From: an uncultured bacterium
GTDB taxonomy: Bacteria > Verrucomicrobiota > Verrucomicrobiia > Verrucomicrobiales > DEV007
Length of the DNA: 64,000 nt
Assembly (NCBI GenBank): GCA_963977015.1
Contig: CAXBMO010000014.1
Location: 32,001-96,000 of the forward strand
Direction: 5' to 3'
A model generated the notes under the pieces. It did no database searches. It was not told the DNA's origin and saw only the letters and a program-made list of their open reading frames with translations. A program made the position numbers and the translations under genes. Every line of letters begins with the position of its first letter. The stretch's first letter is position 1. Shown here in pieces: positions 53,768-64,000 of this stretch.

Positions 53768-54803
53768 ACTGGGTTCCGTTTTACGACTGAATTGCGAAGC
53801 GGCAAAGAACAGAAGATCGCGGACTTCTTTCGCAAATTCGGCGTTGCTCGTCAGTTAGTGAGACCGCCTTCCTCCCGTCTTGAACTTGGAAGTAAAAAAA
53901 GGTTCCTCGCGAATTTCATTTCCCAACTTCGTTCTCACAACGCCGGAGAATCACTGGCAGGCGCTGGTGGAAGTGCGTGATCCCGGGAAAAATCCGTTGA
54001 TCGGCGCGCCAGATTCCGACTTTGAAGGTCATGGTTTGGGACTTTCTGTTCGCGCGTTGGCGAATCGAACTGGCGATAGCAAGACTCCTTAGAGTCACTA
54101 AAAATCGTAAAATTGTTAAAAATGGCGCGTTTCCAGTTGCTTTCTTTCGGTGTTTTCCGCTAGAAACGGGGCGATTTCGTCACATTTGGCGTTCTGGATA
54201 CAATCTGCGATGTAGCCGGAGCTCTATCATCTGTGTAGCGATTCGGTTGCAGCGGAGAAATTTGGAACAAACCCCTACAGTCTATTACAGCACTGCCGAA
54301 ACGGCGGATGTTTACACTTCTGTCGAAACTGAGGTTTCGAGGGAGTGGTTTAGCGTGCCTGGGGATAAGGAGGAGCGTTCAACTCTGAATTCGGGGCCCT
54401 CTGGTCGGCCTTTTAAGGCTCAATCTGTCGCGAGATCCCGTTTTGTGCTCTATTCCTGGCATCAGGTTCCAAGGGAGAGGGTTACATTGCGTCGGATTTG
54501 CACGCCTCTGCAGATTCCAGTCGATTTTCGCCTCGGTCGCATTGGTGTTTCTCAGCTGCTGACCAGTTATGTCTGGCTTTTTGGCGGCAATTCTGATCCC
54601 GGCAAGGGACGTTCCAACCTTGGTGCTAGGATTTGCCTTTCGATTTGTTCATGCCTGTTCGGCTCTTTGCGACGCGATGCGTTCGCGGGATCTGGCGGGC
54701 CTTTCTTGTTTTTAGCGAAGATGAGCTCACGTGTCCGGCCCCATTTCGATTCTTATCCAGGGCACCACGGGCTTTCCCCGAAACTTTTTTGCGTTCCCAC
54801 CCC

Positions 54804-57800
54804 ATGACCGACAAGACCCCACCTCAATCTCGTAAGAGTAACCGATCTGAGAATGACGAAGCCCGCAAACGCAGGGACCTTCATTTCGAGCCGTTGGAAG
54901 CGCGGATTCTCTATTCCGCAGCCCCGGTGGATCCTGGTGAGGCCGGTCCCGAAGCGGAGGCGATGCCGACAGCCGCACAGCACGCTGCGCCTGCTTCGGA
55001 AGCTGCGTCCCCCGTAACCGAGGAGGAAAGCTCTGCGCCCGAAACGTCTGTGCTCGATACCGAGGTTGTTGTGCTGGCAGAAGAAAGCGATTCGACTCTC
55101 ATTGGGGATGAGCAGGTGGCGGGCGAGCCGGATGGCAAAGTCGGTTCGTCTTCTGATTCAGCAGGGAACACCCTGACGGCTGAACAGTTGGAGGAGATCG
55201 CCGAGGCGGCAGCCGAACGCTGGCGGATGACAGGGCTGACTGAGGAGCAATCTCTCGCGTTGGCCAACGTCTCTTATCAGATTGCGGATCTGGACGGGAC
55301 CTATCTTGGAGTGGCGGAAGGCAACGTCATTACCGTCGACGTTAACGGGGCGGGAAGGCAGTGGTTCGTCGACGAAACTCCGCTCGAGGACGAGGAATTC
55401 ATCTCGGTGGGGAGTCAGAGCACGGTGCAGGCGGCCGCAACGCCTGAGGCCATCGGCCGGATGGATTTGCTGACGACGCTGATCCACGAGCAGGGACACA
55501 TTCTGGGGCTCTCTCATGACGGCTCCGCGTTGATGGAGGAAACACTAGGAGCAGGCGAACGCAGGGGCTTGACTCCAGGCATCGCAGAAGGCGCCGAGCC
55601 GGATTCGTTGGAAGAGGCGCATTATTTGCAGGCTGAGTCCAATGTGTCCCCGAGCGAACTTTCCGGAATGCAGTTGTTGTACGGCACCGACAGCTTTTCG
55701 AATTTCGACAATGCGCACAATTACGATGTCGACAACTCAGGGAGTATACCGACAGGTTCGTTCGATCGCGTTGCCTATTACCTCGAATTGGATTCCTACT
55801 GGGTGTGGGTGTCGATGGACGCGTTCCAGACCGACCCCGCATTGGTCGGCGTTCCCGCAGACAACAGCGGAATTGTCGAAAACGGAACTGTCGTCACCAA
55901 TCTGGTGATCGAGTCGAATCACCCGAATGTGACTTCACGGGAAATCGACCAGGGGATTCTCGAGTTTTGGGCCAGCAACTACGGTACCAGTGGCGGCGGT
56001 CTGTTCAATTCGAACGATGGTCAGTTTGACTGGAAAGACAGCGGTGGTTCCACAAGCGGCGGACACGGCGCCATGCAGGTGGCGGACATCACTCCAGGAT
56101 CCGAAGAGATGATTTTCTCCATAACCGGCAGTGGCATCGGCATTGGCAACCAGCCAAGCGGTCATCCGGATTGGACCTTCGGCCCGAATTCCTACGGAGT
56201 GCGTAATCTGGAAATTTGGGTCGGCAACGCGAATGAAGCACCGGTGGTGACGGCTGATGCGGGAAGTTTGTCTTACGATACCGTCACGGCGGGAGCCCAG
56301 ACGGTAAATTCGGGGATCACGGTGACGGACGCCAATGATGCGGATCTCACAGGGGCCGTCGTGGCCATTGCCGAAGGACATGTGGCAAGTGAGGACGTGC
56401 TTGATTTTGTGGTTCAGGGAGGCATTTCCGGCAGTTTTGATTCGGTTGCCGGAACCATCACCTTCAGCGGAACGGCATCCGTGGCGGATTATCAGGCGGT
56501 TTTCCGCAGTGTGACTTACGAGAATACCAATAGCGTCGATACCAACACCCAACCTCGGCGCATCAGCTTCACGGTGACCGATTCGGAAGGCGCCATGGGT
56601 TCGGACGACGGCTTCGTCACGTTCGCGAACCCGGTCATCTCGAACACCTATGTTTGGGACAACAACTCGGGTAATTCCGACTGGAGCGACGCCACGAACT
56701 GGGATCAAAACGTCGGTGCGCCAGACACGAGCGGGGAAATCGCCGTCTTTCGTGGCGTCGACGGCGTGGTGGATCTCGGCGGAGCGACGATAACGGCCGG
56801 TGAAGTGCGGTTCGAGCATTCGGGCACTCTGACGCTTACCAATGGCACCCTAATCGCCAATACCATCACGATGACGGGAAGCGGGACGGCGGATTTATTC
56901 GTGGAAATCGATACCCCGACTACGTTCAACCTCACCGGCGGTCAGTTGAATCTCCACAACGAGAACAATGACCTCACCGGCACGGTCAATGCGAGCAATG
57001 GAGCCACGTTCGGCGCCGTCCTGAATGCCACCGGCGGCGCGGCGGGGAATCTCAACGTGAATCTGAATGGAGGTGCGTTCGAGTTTCTGGCCGGAACCGT
57101 TCCGGGCACGTTGAATGGCACGATCACGGCTCTCTCCGACTCCGCGATCAACGTTGCGAGCGGTGCTCAAGATGGGACGATTTCCAATCTGGTTACGGCC
57201 GCGGGAATCACCCTCGGCTCCTCCTCGTTTTCTTCTGGCCAAAAATGGACGGCGGCGAACGTCGAGACTGCGGGCGATCTGAATTTGAGCGGGGACAACG
57301 CGGTCCACGTCGTCTTAGACAACATCGGCGAGACCGCCGCCACGAATCTCAGCTTCGAGGGCAATGGTGTTTTCGAACTGGCCACCTCCAACTCCTACAC
57401 GGGGAATACCACGGTGAACGATGAAGCGTCGCTGGTAGTCGCTCATCTTGGGGCTCTCAGCGGTTCCGGAACGACCGTGAATTCGGGCGGCGCGTTGGTC
57501 CTGACGGTGGACGAACTTGCTGAGAATATCACCATCAACGGAGCTGGTAACTCAAACTACTCCGCTGCGTTGACCGATGACACCGGTTCCTCCATCGATT
57601 TCAATGGAACGATCAACGTGGCCAGTGATGCCACGATTCAATCGCAAAATGGCGGCGAACTCGACCTCAACGGCGCGGTCACAATCGCTTCCGGGCAGAC
57701 CCTGTCGCTCGACGCTGACAGCACCCTGGACTTTGACACCACCATCACTGGCGATGCGTCCACGCAACTGCTCATCACCGGAGGCAGCGGCTATGCCAGA

Positions 57801-60800
57801 ACCTTCCGGAGCAATCCGGATTTCCATGGGACAGTCACGGTTCAGAGTCAGGGCCGATTCGATGTTTATGCCGCGCAAGGCTTTGGCACGGGCGATGTCT
57901 ACGTCACTGGAAACGACGCGAGCGTTTTCGTTCGGAACAATCACACTCACACCAACAACTTCTTCATCGAAGGAGATGGGCGCGGAACGGAAGGTGCAAT
58001 TCGCAGCGAAGGCGGCGACAACACGATTACGGGCATCGTAACCCTCACCGGCGCCACGACGATCTACGTCAACAATTCTACTCTGACCCTGACACAGGGG
58101 CTCCAGGCCGGGGGCAATGTGTTGAGCAAAACCGGCGGTGGTGCGACGAGCCGTTTGAGCCTGGGGGCGGACAGCGTCAATCTCCCGAACATCGATTTGG
58201 TTCACGGCCAGATCCGGGTCAAAACCCCGGGCGGTTTGGGCGGAACATCGACGTTGGACTTGAATGCCGACATGGGGGTCGAGTTCGATTTCGGAGCGAT
58301 CGCGCCGCAGACCTTTTCCAGCACGACGACCTTGCACACGCTGAACGTGAATAACGGGGCCATCGAGGTGATAAGCGGAGAGGTGACTCTCGATTCGACC
58401 TTCACGATCAACCAAAATCTGTTTGGCGACCTGTTCATCGGTGGCGACGGAACTCTCAACGTGGAAACTGGCCTCGGAAACGGCAGCGATGCGATTCTTA
58501 CCGGACTGGACCACTACGGATTCCACGTTAGCAGCGACACTTGGCTCGATTTGGACGGCAATGGCGGGATGATGGGAGGCGGCGATCCCTCGACGTTCAC
58601 GTATTTCAACGGCGCTTCCGTGCTGACGGATGGGCCGGGTTCGCGCGGGCTCGATTTCGACAACGACAACGATTTCATCAACACCGGCTCGATTGGTCAA
58701 TCGGACTATTATTCCAACCTCTGGGTCGGGTATTTCACGCCGGATGCCAGTGGGACCTGGACCTTCCGCGACGCCCGGAACGACGATCGCGGGGGAATTT
58801 GGCTCGATCTCGACCAGGACGGTGTCTTTGAATCCTCTTCCTCGGGACTGGGCTCGGATCGTGGCGAGCAACTCGCCTGGGAAAACACCTCGGCCAAAAC
58901 GGTGAACCTGACGGCTGGCGAAAGCTACTTGGTCGCCTTTACCCATCGGGAAGGGGCCGGTGGTTCCTCGGTGGATTTCCGGTTGAATTACACCGGCACC
59001 GGAACGTCGGCCATTACCGGCGAAGAAGTCGTTAAACCGACCGATCCGGATCAGGCTGGGATGTGGTCGCCCTACCGGCTCACCTCTCCGCAAAACGACA
59101 TCGTCAAAGTGGGTTCCGGAGTCACCACCTTTTCCGTTGCCAACACCTATAATGGCACCACGACCGTCGAGGGTGGGGCGCTCGTCGTGGCTGACCCTGC
59201 TGCGTTGGGGGGAACTGCGGGTAGCATGGTGACCGTGCAGAGCGGCGGGACTCTGGCGTTCGATAACCCCGGCGATTCCACGACCGTGGACCGAGTTTTC
59301 ACCATTAGCGGAACCGGAGCCGCTGGCCAATTGGGGGCGCTGGTGAATTTGGCAGGCGATCACGAAATTACCGGAACGATCACCGGGGTCGGGGGTGAAA
59401 TCGGCATTGGATCCGACGCGGGCACGATCACCATCAACAAAACGATCGATCTGGGATTTGGGAAGCTCATTTTTGATGGCGACGGAGACATCGACGTGTC
59501 CGGAGATATCAGCGGCGATGTTACTCCCGGTTTCACCGCGACGACTCCGAACACCATCAGCGGTCTGGAAGCCTGGTATGACGCCTCGACGTTGAACCTG
59601 AACGACGGTGACGGCGTTACCGCGTGGGCCGACCTTTCCGGCAATGACAGGCATCTCGAAACCTACACCGGAACCCCGACCTTTGAAGCCAACGAGATCG
59701 GCGGACTGCCGGCTGTCCGGTTCGAATCCAACGAAAACCTCCAAATGGTGGCTACCGGCACCGAATATTTCGCCGGAGACGTCTATCTGGTTTTCCGCTC
59801 GGGCAACGGGGCAACTTTCGGTCCCGATTGGGGGGCTCCCATTGGAGTCAAGAATGAAGCCCCCGATGCTGACCGCACCTGGATGTTTCAGGGTGGCGAG
59901 GACCGGTTCTGGAGTAGTGAATTGCCGGCTTCGGTCACCCGAAACGGCGCGGAGATCTCTTCGTCCAACAGTTTTGATTTGGGGAATGTCGACACCAGCG
60001 AATACATGGTGTTGCAAGTCGCAGCCGGGCCGAACAACGGAACTCAGGCCCGCGAATACATTGTGGGCACCCGGACTGACGCTTGGGGCAATTCCCTGTT
60101 CGATACCGCCGAGATCCTCGCCTTCGACCATGCTTTGAGCGATAGCGAGAAGGAGATCGTTCAGGCTTACCTCGCCAGTAAATACTCGATCGGGGGCAGT
60201 TTCACCGGCCTGGGAGCTCCGAACTACTTTTTGGAAACCTGGATCGAAGGCTCTTCCACCGTTTCCAATGACGTGGTCAAACAGGGGAGCGGAACAGTAA
60301 CGCTTTCCGGGAACAACTCCTACGCGGGCGTGACTTCCATTGACGCGGGCACGCTGGCTGTGGACGGATCGATTGGTCTGGGCGCAAGCACGGTCACGAT
60401 CGCCAATGGAGCGACCTTAGGAGGCGGCGGAACCGTCAACGCAGACGTCTCGACGGATTCCGGTGGGGTGAATCCGGGTGGAATCGGCGCGACCGGGAAT
60501 TTGATCATCGACGGTGATTTGAACTTCGGCGCGGGCTCCGCGGCCGATTTTGACGCCGAATTCGACGCGGCGACTGGTGATTCAGTCACGGTGACGGGCT
60601 CGGTCAACCTGACCAACGTGGATTTGAACGCGGCGGCGCTTTCGGGCTATGCACCAACCGATGGCTCGCAGCTGACGTTGATCGACAACCAAGCCGTGGG
60701 CGCGGTCACTGGAACCTTCAACGGGCTGGCCGATGGAGCTGAGATCACCTCGTTGGCCAGCGGTAACGTCAAAGCCTACATCAGCTACTTTGGCGGCGAT

Positions 60801-63800
60801 GGGAACGACGTCACGATTTCGTTCATCGACACCGTCACTCCGGGCACGGTCACGGTGGGTGACGATCCCGCGTTGGACAACAACACCGCGTTTTCCTTCC
60901 AGATTCAGGGTGGCACGCTTCAGGTATTGGCAAATGGCCAGATCGTCGAGTCCCGTCCGCTGGACGCGGTTAAAAATCTCGTGATCAACGGGGATGACGC
61001 CACTCTTGGCAATGAAGGCGATGACGTCCTTACCATCGACTACACGGCGCACCCGGAGCTGCTGAACGTCGACATCACTTTTAACGGCAACGGACAGGCC
61101 ACGGCAGCGGGTGATACCCTCGTCGTGACCGGCGGGACGTTCGGCACGGTGACGCACAACCTCGTCAACGGCACGGACGGCAACCTCCATATCGACGGGG
61201 ACGGCCTTGCGGACATCACCTACACTGGGTTGGAGCCGGTGGACATGACAGGCAGCACCGCGACGGATTTTGTGTTTAACCTGCCGACAGGTGCGGATAA
61301 CGCGCAATTGAGCGACATCGGCGGCGGAGTGTTGCGTTTGGAAAGCACGGATGTCGCGCCGACATTTGAGAGCACCGATTTTGTCTTTCCGAGCGGTTCG
61401 GTCACCATCAACGGCGGCACCGGCGACACGGTAACCGTCTCCAACGCAATCACGATGCAGGGAGACCTCACGATCATCTCGGACACGGTGAACATTGTCG
61501 GCAATGTGGATTTGGGCGACAACACCCTGACCATTGAAAACGCGGTGGACGGCACGGCTTCCGGTGTGCTGAGCGGAGTGGGTAGCGTTGTCAAGCAGGG
61601 AGCAGGGACGTTGATGGTAACCGGGGCCAACACCTACACCGGCCAAACCACGATCGCCGCAGGGGTCTTGAAGTTGAGCGTGGAGCGAGTCGGCAACGTT
61701 AGTTCCGCCTTGGGCGCCGATACTGGGTTAACCGTAGTCCAGGACGGCGGGACCTTGGATATCAATGGAATTTCCGTCGTGGGTGAAACGATTGAGATTG
61801 AGGGAGCGGGCCACAATGGAATCGGAGCGCTGGCGAACTATGGGCCGGCCGATACGAACGCGTTCAACAACGTGACGCTAACCGGAAATGCCACCTTTGG
61901 CAGCGCCAGCATCCGGACAGACATGGTTGGAAGCCTCGACATGGGCGGCTTTACTTTGACGAAGATTGGCGGTGGCCAGCTTTACCTGAAAAACCTCACC
62001 GTCACCAATACGGGCGACATCGACATTCAGAGCGGGCGTGTGGATCTCGAAACGACGACGTCTTTCGACGCGACGATTGATGATACCGTCACGGTTCGCA
62101 GCGGAGCGACCTTGGAATTCAACCGGAACCCGGCCGTTCACGATTTCAGCCTCGTGTTGGAAAACAACAGCACCGTGACGAACCGGACCTACGGTTCGGT
62201 CGACACCACGAGCGAGGTGACCGGCAACGTGACCCTGGTTTCAGGCACGGCGATCATCGCGGTATCAAATACGGGCGGAAACCCCATCACGGTCCTTTCC
62301 GGAGCCATTAGCGGCGCGGGGAGCCTTCGCAAAACCGGACCGAACACCCTGATTCTCAATGGTGACAGCGACTACGACGGCACCACCCAGATCACTGCGG
62401 GCACGGTCGTGGTCAACGGCGACAATTCTGGCGCGGAAGGCGCGGTTTCAGTCTCCAGCGGAGCGACCTTGACGGGAACGGGGACTTTGGGCGGAGTGGT
62501 CACGGCCTTGGCAGGCTCGAACGTCGAACCGGGTGTGGCAGGCGTGGGAACGCTGACGGTAGAGGCGAATATCTCGTTGAGCGGTGATTTGGAAATCGCG
62601 ATATCCGGAGCGAATGCGAGTCAACTTGATGTAGATGGGGATAGCACCACAGGAACGGATGTGACCTTGGGCAGCACGTTGACGCTTGTCGCCACGGGGC
62701 CAACTGCGATGCTCTACACCATTGTCGATAACGACGGCACCTCCGACGCGGTGAGCGGAATTTTCACCGGTTTACCGGAGGGGTTTACGATCGACATCGA
62801 CGGGGTGGATTACAAAATTTTCTACGGTGGCGGCGACGGCAACGACGTGGTTTTGGCGAATGTCACCATGACCCACTCCACGGTCTACGTGGACGACAAT
62901 TGGGCTGCGGGAGGAAGTGAACCGAAGAATAACGGTCAGATCATCGCCGATGCGGACCTGGGAACGGCCGGGGCCGCCGGTCAGGATGCCGTTTTCGGAA
63001 TCAACGCCTTCGCCTCGGTTGCGGATGCCTTCGCGGCAGTGGTCGATGGGGGAACCATCATCATTAACCAAGGCACCTACACCGAGAATCTGAATCTCAC
63101 CAAGAACGTGACCTTTGAGGTGACGGGGCCGGATGTCGCGCAATCAGCGGTGATCAGCGGGCAGGTATCCGGCGCGGGGACCTTGACCAAAACCGGTGAC
63201 GGGACCTTGGTCTTGAGCAACACGGGCAACGACTACTCCGGCACGACCACGATCAACGCAGGCTCGTTGGAAGGCGTTGGTGGCGGCAACTTAGGCACCT
63301 CGAACATCGTGCTTGATGGCGGGGATTTGCGACTGGATGGGGATGCGGTTCCGACGCGTTCGACGTTGTTGCTGGATCAGATTAATGGCGCTAACCCGGG
63401 AGATCCCGCCAATGGTATTTACGATACTTCGGGAGGCAATAATTCCCGGTTGCGCGCGGATGTCGCAAACTCAGGAACGGTCGTTGCCGGCTACGTTGGC
63501 AACTGGGACACCACCTGGACAGAGGACGGGGGGAAAAGTGGTGAAATCACATCCAATGCGCGGACACGGGACGGGAGTTTAACCTATACCGCGACGGGAT
63601 ATTCGCCGGCTTCCGGAGGGGGGCACGTCAACTACTTCAAGAATGTAAACAACAACTACAATCTGGGGCGTGAGTTGAGTTTGGGCGAAGACGACAGCAC
63701 CATTGCCTACTACTTCAGCGTGATGGTGGAAGTGGACAACAATACGGAGAACAACTTTGGCGAGTTTGTTCTCAACTTCAGTTCGGACATCAACAGCACT

Positions 63801-64000
63801 GCTAACAGTGTAAAATTCGGCTTTGATGATGATGCTTCTGGATATCACAGCTACCTTGAAGTGGGAGGAAGCCGGGTGGACGCCAATGACGGGAATTTCA
63901 CGCCCAACACGGACACCTCGAACCGAAACACCCATCTGATCGTGGGCAAAATCGAAGTGAATCGCTCCGGCAACGAGACGGTAACCATGTGGCTGGATCC
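54804..64000 (+). CDS. Giant LEPR-xLL adhesin/autotransporter-like passenger (>3000 aa, runs off the window end)
   Basis: Absent from the ORF track, consistent with no stop in the window; frame spot-checked at start, 55485 and end. FEPLEARILYS; HEQGHILGLSH; several K.G.GT..L...NTY.G.T repeats; PA14-like (~58600-59050) and LamG-like (~59550-60190) segments. Confidence 0.9.
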   Translation, partial: MTDKTPPQSRKSNRSENDEARKRRDLHFEPLEARILYSAAPVDPGEAGPEAEAMPTAAQHAAPASEAASPVTEEESSAPETSVLDTEVVVLAEESDSTLIGDEQVAGEPDGKVGSSSDSAGNTLTAEQLEEIAEAAAERWRMTGLTEEQSLALANVSYQIADLDGTYLGVAEGNVITVDVNGAGRQWFVDETPLEDEEFISVGSQSTVQAAATPEAIGRMDLLTTLIHEQGHILGLSHDGSALMEETLGAGERRGLTPGIAEGAEPDSLEEAHYLQAESNVSPSELSGMQLLYGTDSFSNFDNAHNYDVDNSGSIPTGSFDRVAYYLELDSYWVWVSMDAFQTDPALVGVPADNSGIVENGTVVTNLVIESNHPNVTSREIDQGILEFWASNYGTSGGGLFNSNDGQFDWKDSGGSTSGGHGAMQVADITPGSEEMIFSITGSGIGIGNQPSGHPDWTFGPNSYGVRNLEIWVGNANEAPVVTADAGSLSYDTVTAGAQTVNSGITVTDANDADLTGAVVAIAEGHVASEDVLDFVVQGGISGSFDSVAGTITFSGTASVADYQAVFRSVTYENTNSVDTNTQPRRISFTVTDSEGAMGSDDGFVTFANPVISNTYVWDNNSGNSDWSDATNWDQNVGAPDTSGEIAVFRGVDGVVDLGGATITAGEVRFEHSGTLTLTNGTLIANTITMTGSGTADLFVEIDTPTTFNLTGGQLNLHNENNDLTGTVNASNGATFGAVLNATGGAAGNLNVNLNGGAFEFLAGTVPGTLNGTITALSDSAINVASGAQDGTISNLVTAAGITLGSSSFSSGQKWTAANVETAGDLNLSGDNAVHVVLDNIGETAATNLSFEGNGVFELATSNSYTGNTTVNDEASLVVAHLGALSGSGTTVNSGGALVLTVDELAENITINGAGNSNYSAALTDDTGSSIDFNGTINVASDATIQSQNGGELDLNGAVTIASGQTLSLDADSTLDFDTTITGDASTQLLITGGSGYARTFRSNPDFHGTVTVQSQGRFDVYAAQGFGTGDVYVTGNDASVFVRNNHTHTNNFFIEGDGRGTEGAIRSEGGDNTITGIVTLTGATTIYVNNSTLTLTQGLQAGGNVLSKTGGGATSRLSLGADSVNLPNIDLVHGQIRVKTPGGLGGTSTLDLNADMGVEFDFGAIAPQTFSSTTTLHTLNVNNGAIEVISGEVTLDSTFTINQNLFGDLFIGGDGTLNVETGLGNGSDAILTGLDHYGFHVSSDTWLDLDGNGGMMGGGDPSTFTYFNGASVLTDGPGSRGLDFDNDNDFINTGSIGQSDYYSNLWVGYFTPDASGTWTFRDARNDDRGGIWLDLDQDGVFESSSSGLGSDRGEQLAWENTSAKTVNLTAGESYLVAFTHREGAGGSSVDFRLNYTGTGTSAITGEEVVKPTDPDQAGMWSPYRLTSPQNDIVKVGSGVTTFSVANTYNGTTTVEGGALVVADPAALGGTAGSMVTVQSGGTLAFDNPGDSTTVDRVFTISGTGAAGQLGALVNLAGDHEITGTITGVGGEIGIGSDAGTITINKTIDLGFGKLIFDGDGDIDVSGDISGDVTPGFTATTPNTISGLEAWYDASTLNLNDGDGVTAWADLSGNDRHLETYTGTPTFEANEIGGLPAVRFESNENLQMVATGTEYFAGDVYLVFRSGNGATFGPDWGAPIGVKNEAPDADRTWMFQGGEDRFWSSELPASVTRNGAEISSSNSFDLGNVDTSEYMVLQVAAGPNNGTQAREYIVGTRTDAWGNSLFDTAEILAFDHALSDSEKEIVQAYLASKYSIGGSFTGLGAPNYFLETWIEGSSTVSNDVVKQGSGTVTLSGNNSYAGVTSIDAGTLAVDGSIGLGASTVTIANGATLGGGGTVNADVSTDSGGVNPGGIGATGNLIIDGDLNFGAGSAADFDAEFDAATGDSVTVTGSVNLTNVDLNAAALSGYAPTDGSQLTLIDNQAVGAVTGTFNGLADGAEITSLASGNVKAYISYFGGDGNDVTISFIDTVTPGTVTVGDDPALDNNTAFSFQIQGGTLQVLANGQIVESRPLDAVKNLVINGDDATLGNEGDDVLTIDYTAHPELLNVDITFNGNGQATAAGDTLVVTGGTFGTVTHNLVNGTDGNLHIDGDGLADITYTGLEPVDMTGSTATDFVFNLPTGADNAQLSDIGGGVLRLESTDVAPTFESTDFVFPSGSVTINGGTGDTVTVSNAITMQGDLTIISDTVNIVGNVDLGDNTLTIENAVDGTASGVLSGVGSVVKQGAGTLMVTGANTYTGQTTIAAGVLKLSVERVGNVSSALGADTGLTVVQDGGTLDINGISVVGETIEIEGAGHNGIGALANYGPADTNAFNNVTLTGNATFGSASIRTDMVGSLDMGGFTLTKIGGGQLYLKNLTVTNTGDIDIQSGRVDLETTTSFDATIDDTVTVRSGATLEFNRNPAVHDFSLVLENNSTVTNRTYGSVDTTSEVTGNVTLVSGTAIIAVSNTGGNPITVLSGAISGAGSLRKTGPNTLILNGDSDYDGTTQITAGTVVVNGDNSGAEGAVSVSSGATLTGTGTLGGVVTALAGSNVEPGVAGVGTLTVEANISLSGDLEIAISGANASQLDVDGDSTTGTDVTLGSTLTLVATGPTAMLYTIVDNDGTSDAVSGIFTGLPEGFTIDIDGVDYKIFYGGGDGNDVVLANVTMTHSTVYVDDNWAAGGSEPKNNGQIIADADLGTAGAAGQDAVFGINAFASVADAFAAVVDGGTIIINQGTYTENLNLTKNVTFEVTGPDVAQSAVISGQVSGAGTLTKTGDGTLVLSNTGNDYSGTTTINAGSLEGVGGGNLGTSNIVLDGGDLRLDGDAVPTRSTLLLDQINGANPGDPANGIYDTSGGNNSRLRADVANSGTVVAGYVGNWDTTWTEDGGKSGEITSNARTRDGSLTYTATGYSPASGGGHVNYFKNVNNNYNLGRELSLGEDDSTIAYYFSVMVEVDNNTENNFGEFVLNFSSDINSTANSVKFGFDDDASGYHSYLEVGGSRVDANDGNFTPNTDTSNRNTHLIVGKIEVNRSGNETVTMWLD

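Noticed and set aside
54022-54807. 261-aa ORF upstream of the adhesin
   Set aside because: No recognisable motif and atypical composition; more likely regulatory or intergenic DNA.
55935-61646. Long minus-strand ORFs (294, 859 and 354 aa)
   Set aside because: Antisense shadows of the giant adhesin.

Overview
Bacterial DNA, probably Verrucomicrobia/PVC group (inferred from a LEPR-xLL adhesin, a TIGR03067-like protein, sulfatase remnants and the RAYT type). It has three parts. (1) ~1-45.9 kb is a heavy-metal island, mostly on the minus strand. It holds a CusCBA-type RND system with DUF3347 proteins, two CnrYXH-like anti-sigma/sensor/ECF cassettes, a multicopper oxidase, a heptaheme cytochrome/membrane protein/FNR-ferredoxin module and a mer-like operon lacking merA. 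Unexpected passengers include glgP, glgX, a glutamate dehydrogenase with a 10-Cys insert, V-ATPase subunit E, a CPA2 antiporter and an ACP/adenylation/PLP-decarboxylase/MurJ-like/GNAT cluster. One promoter-like motif, GAGGG-N16-CGTT, found by eye 13 times upstream of transcription units, appears to link most of these into a single ECF regulon. The island ends at two tRNA 3' fragments (Arg, Glu) with arm-like repeats. (2) ~46-52.2 kb is a cluster of gene fragments (MFS, ceramidase-like, three sulfatase pieces, RAYT, IS91-like end) around one intact hypothetical gene. (3) An OprB-family porin is followed by a giant (>3000 aa) LEPR-xLL adhesin that runs off the window end. All calls come from reading the sequence; no searches were run.
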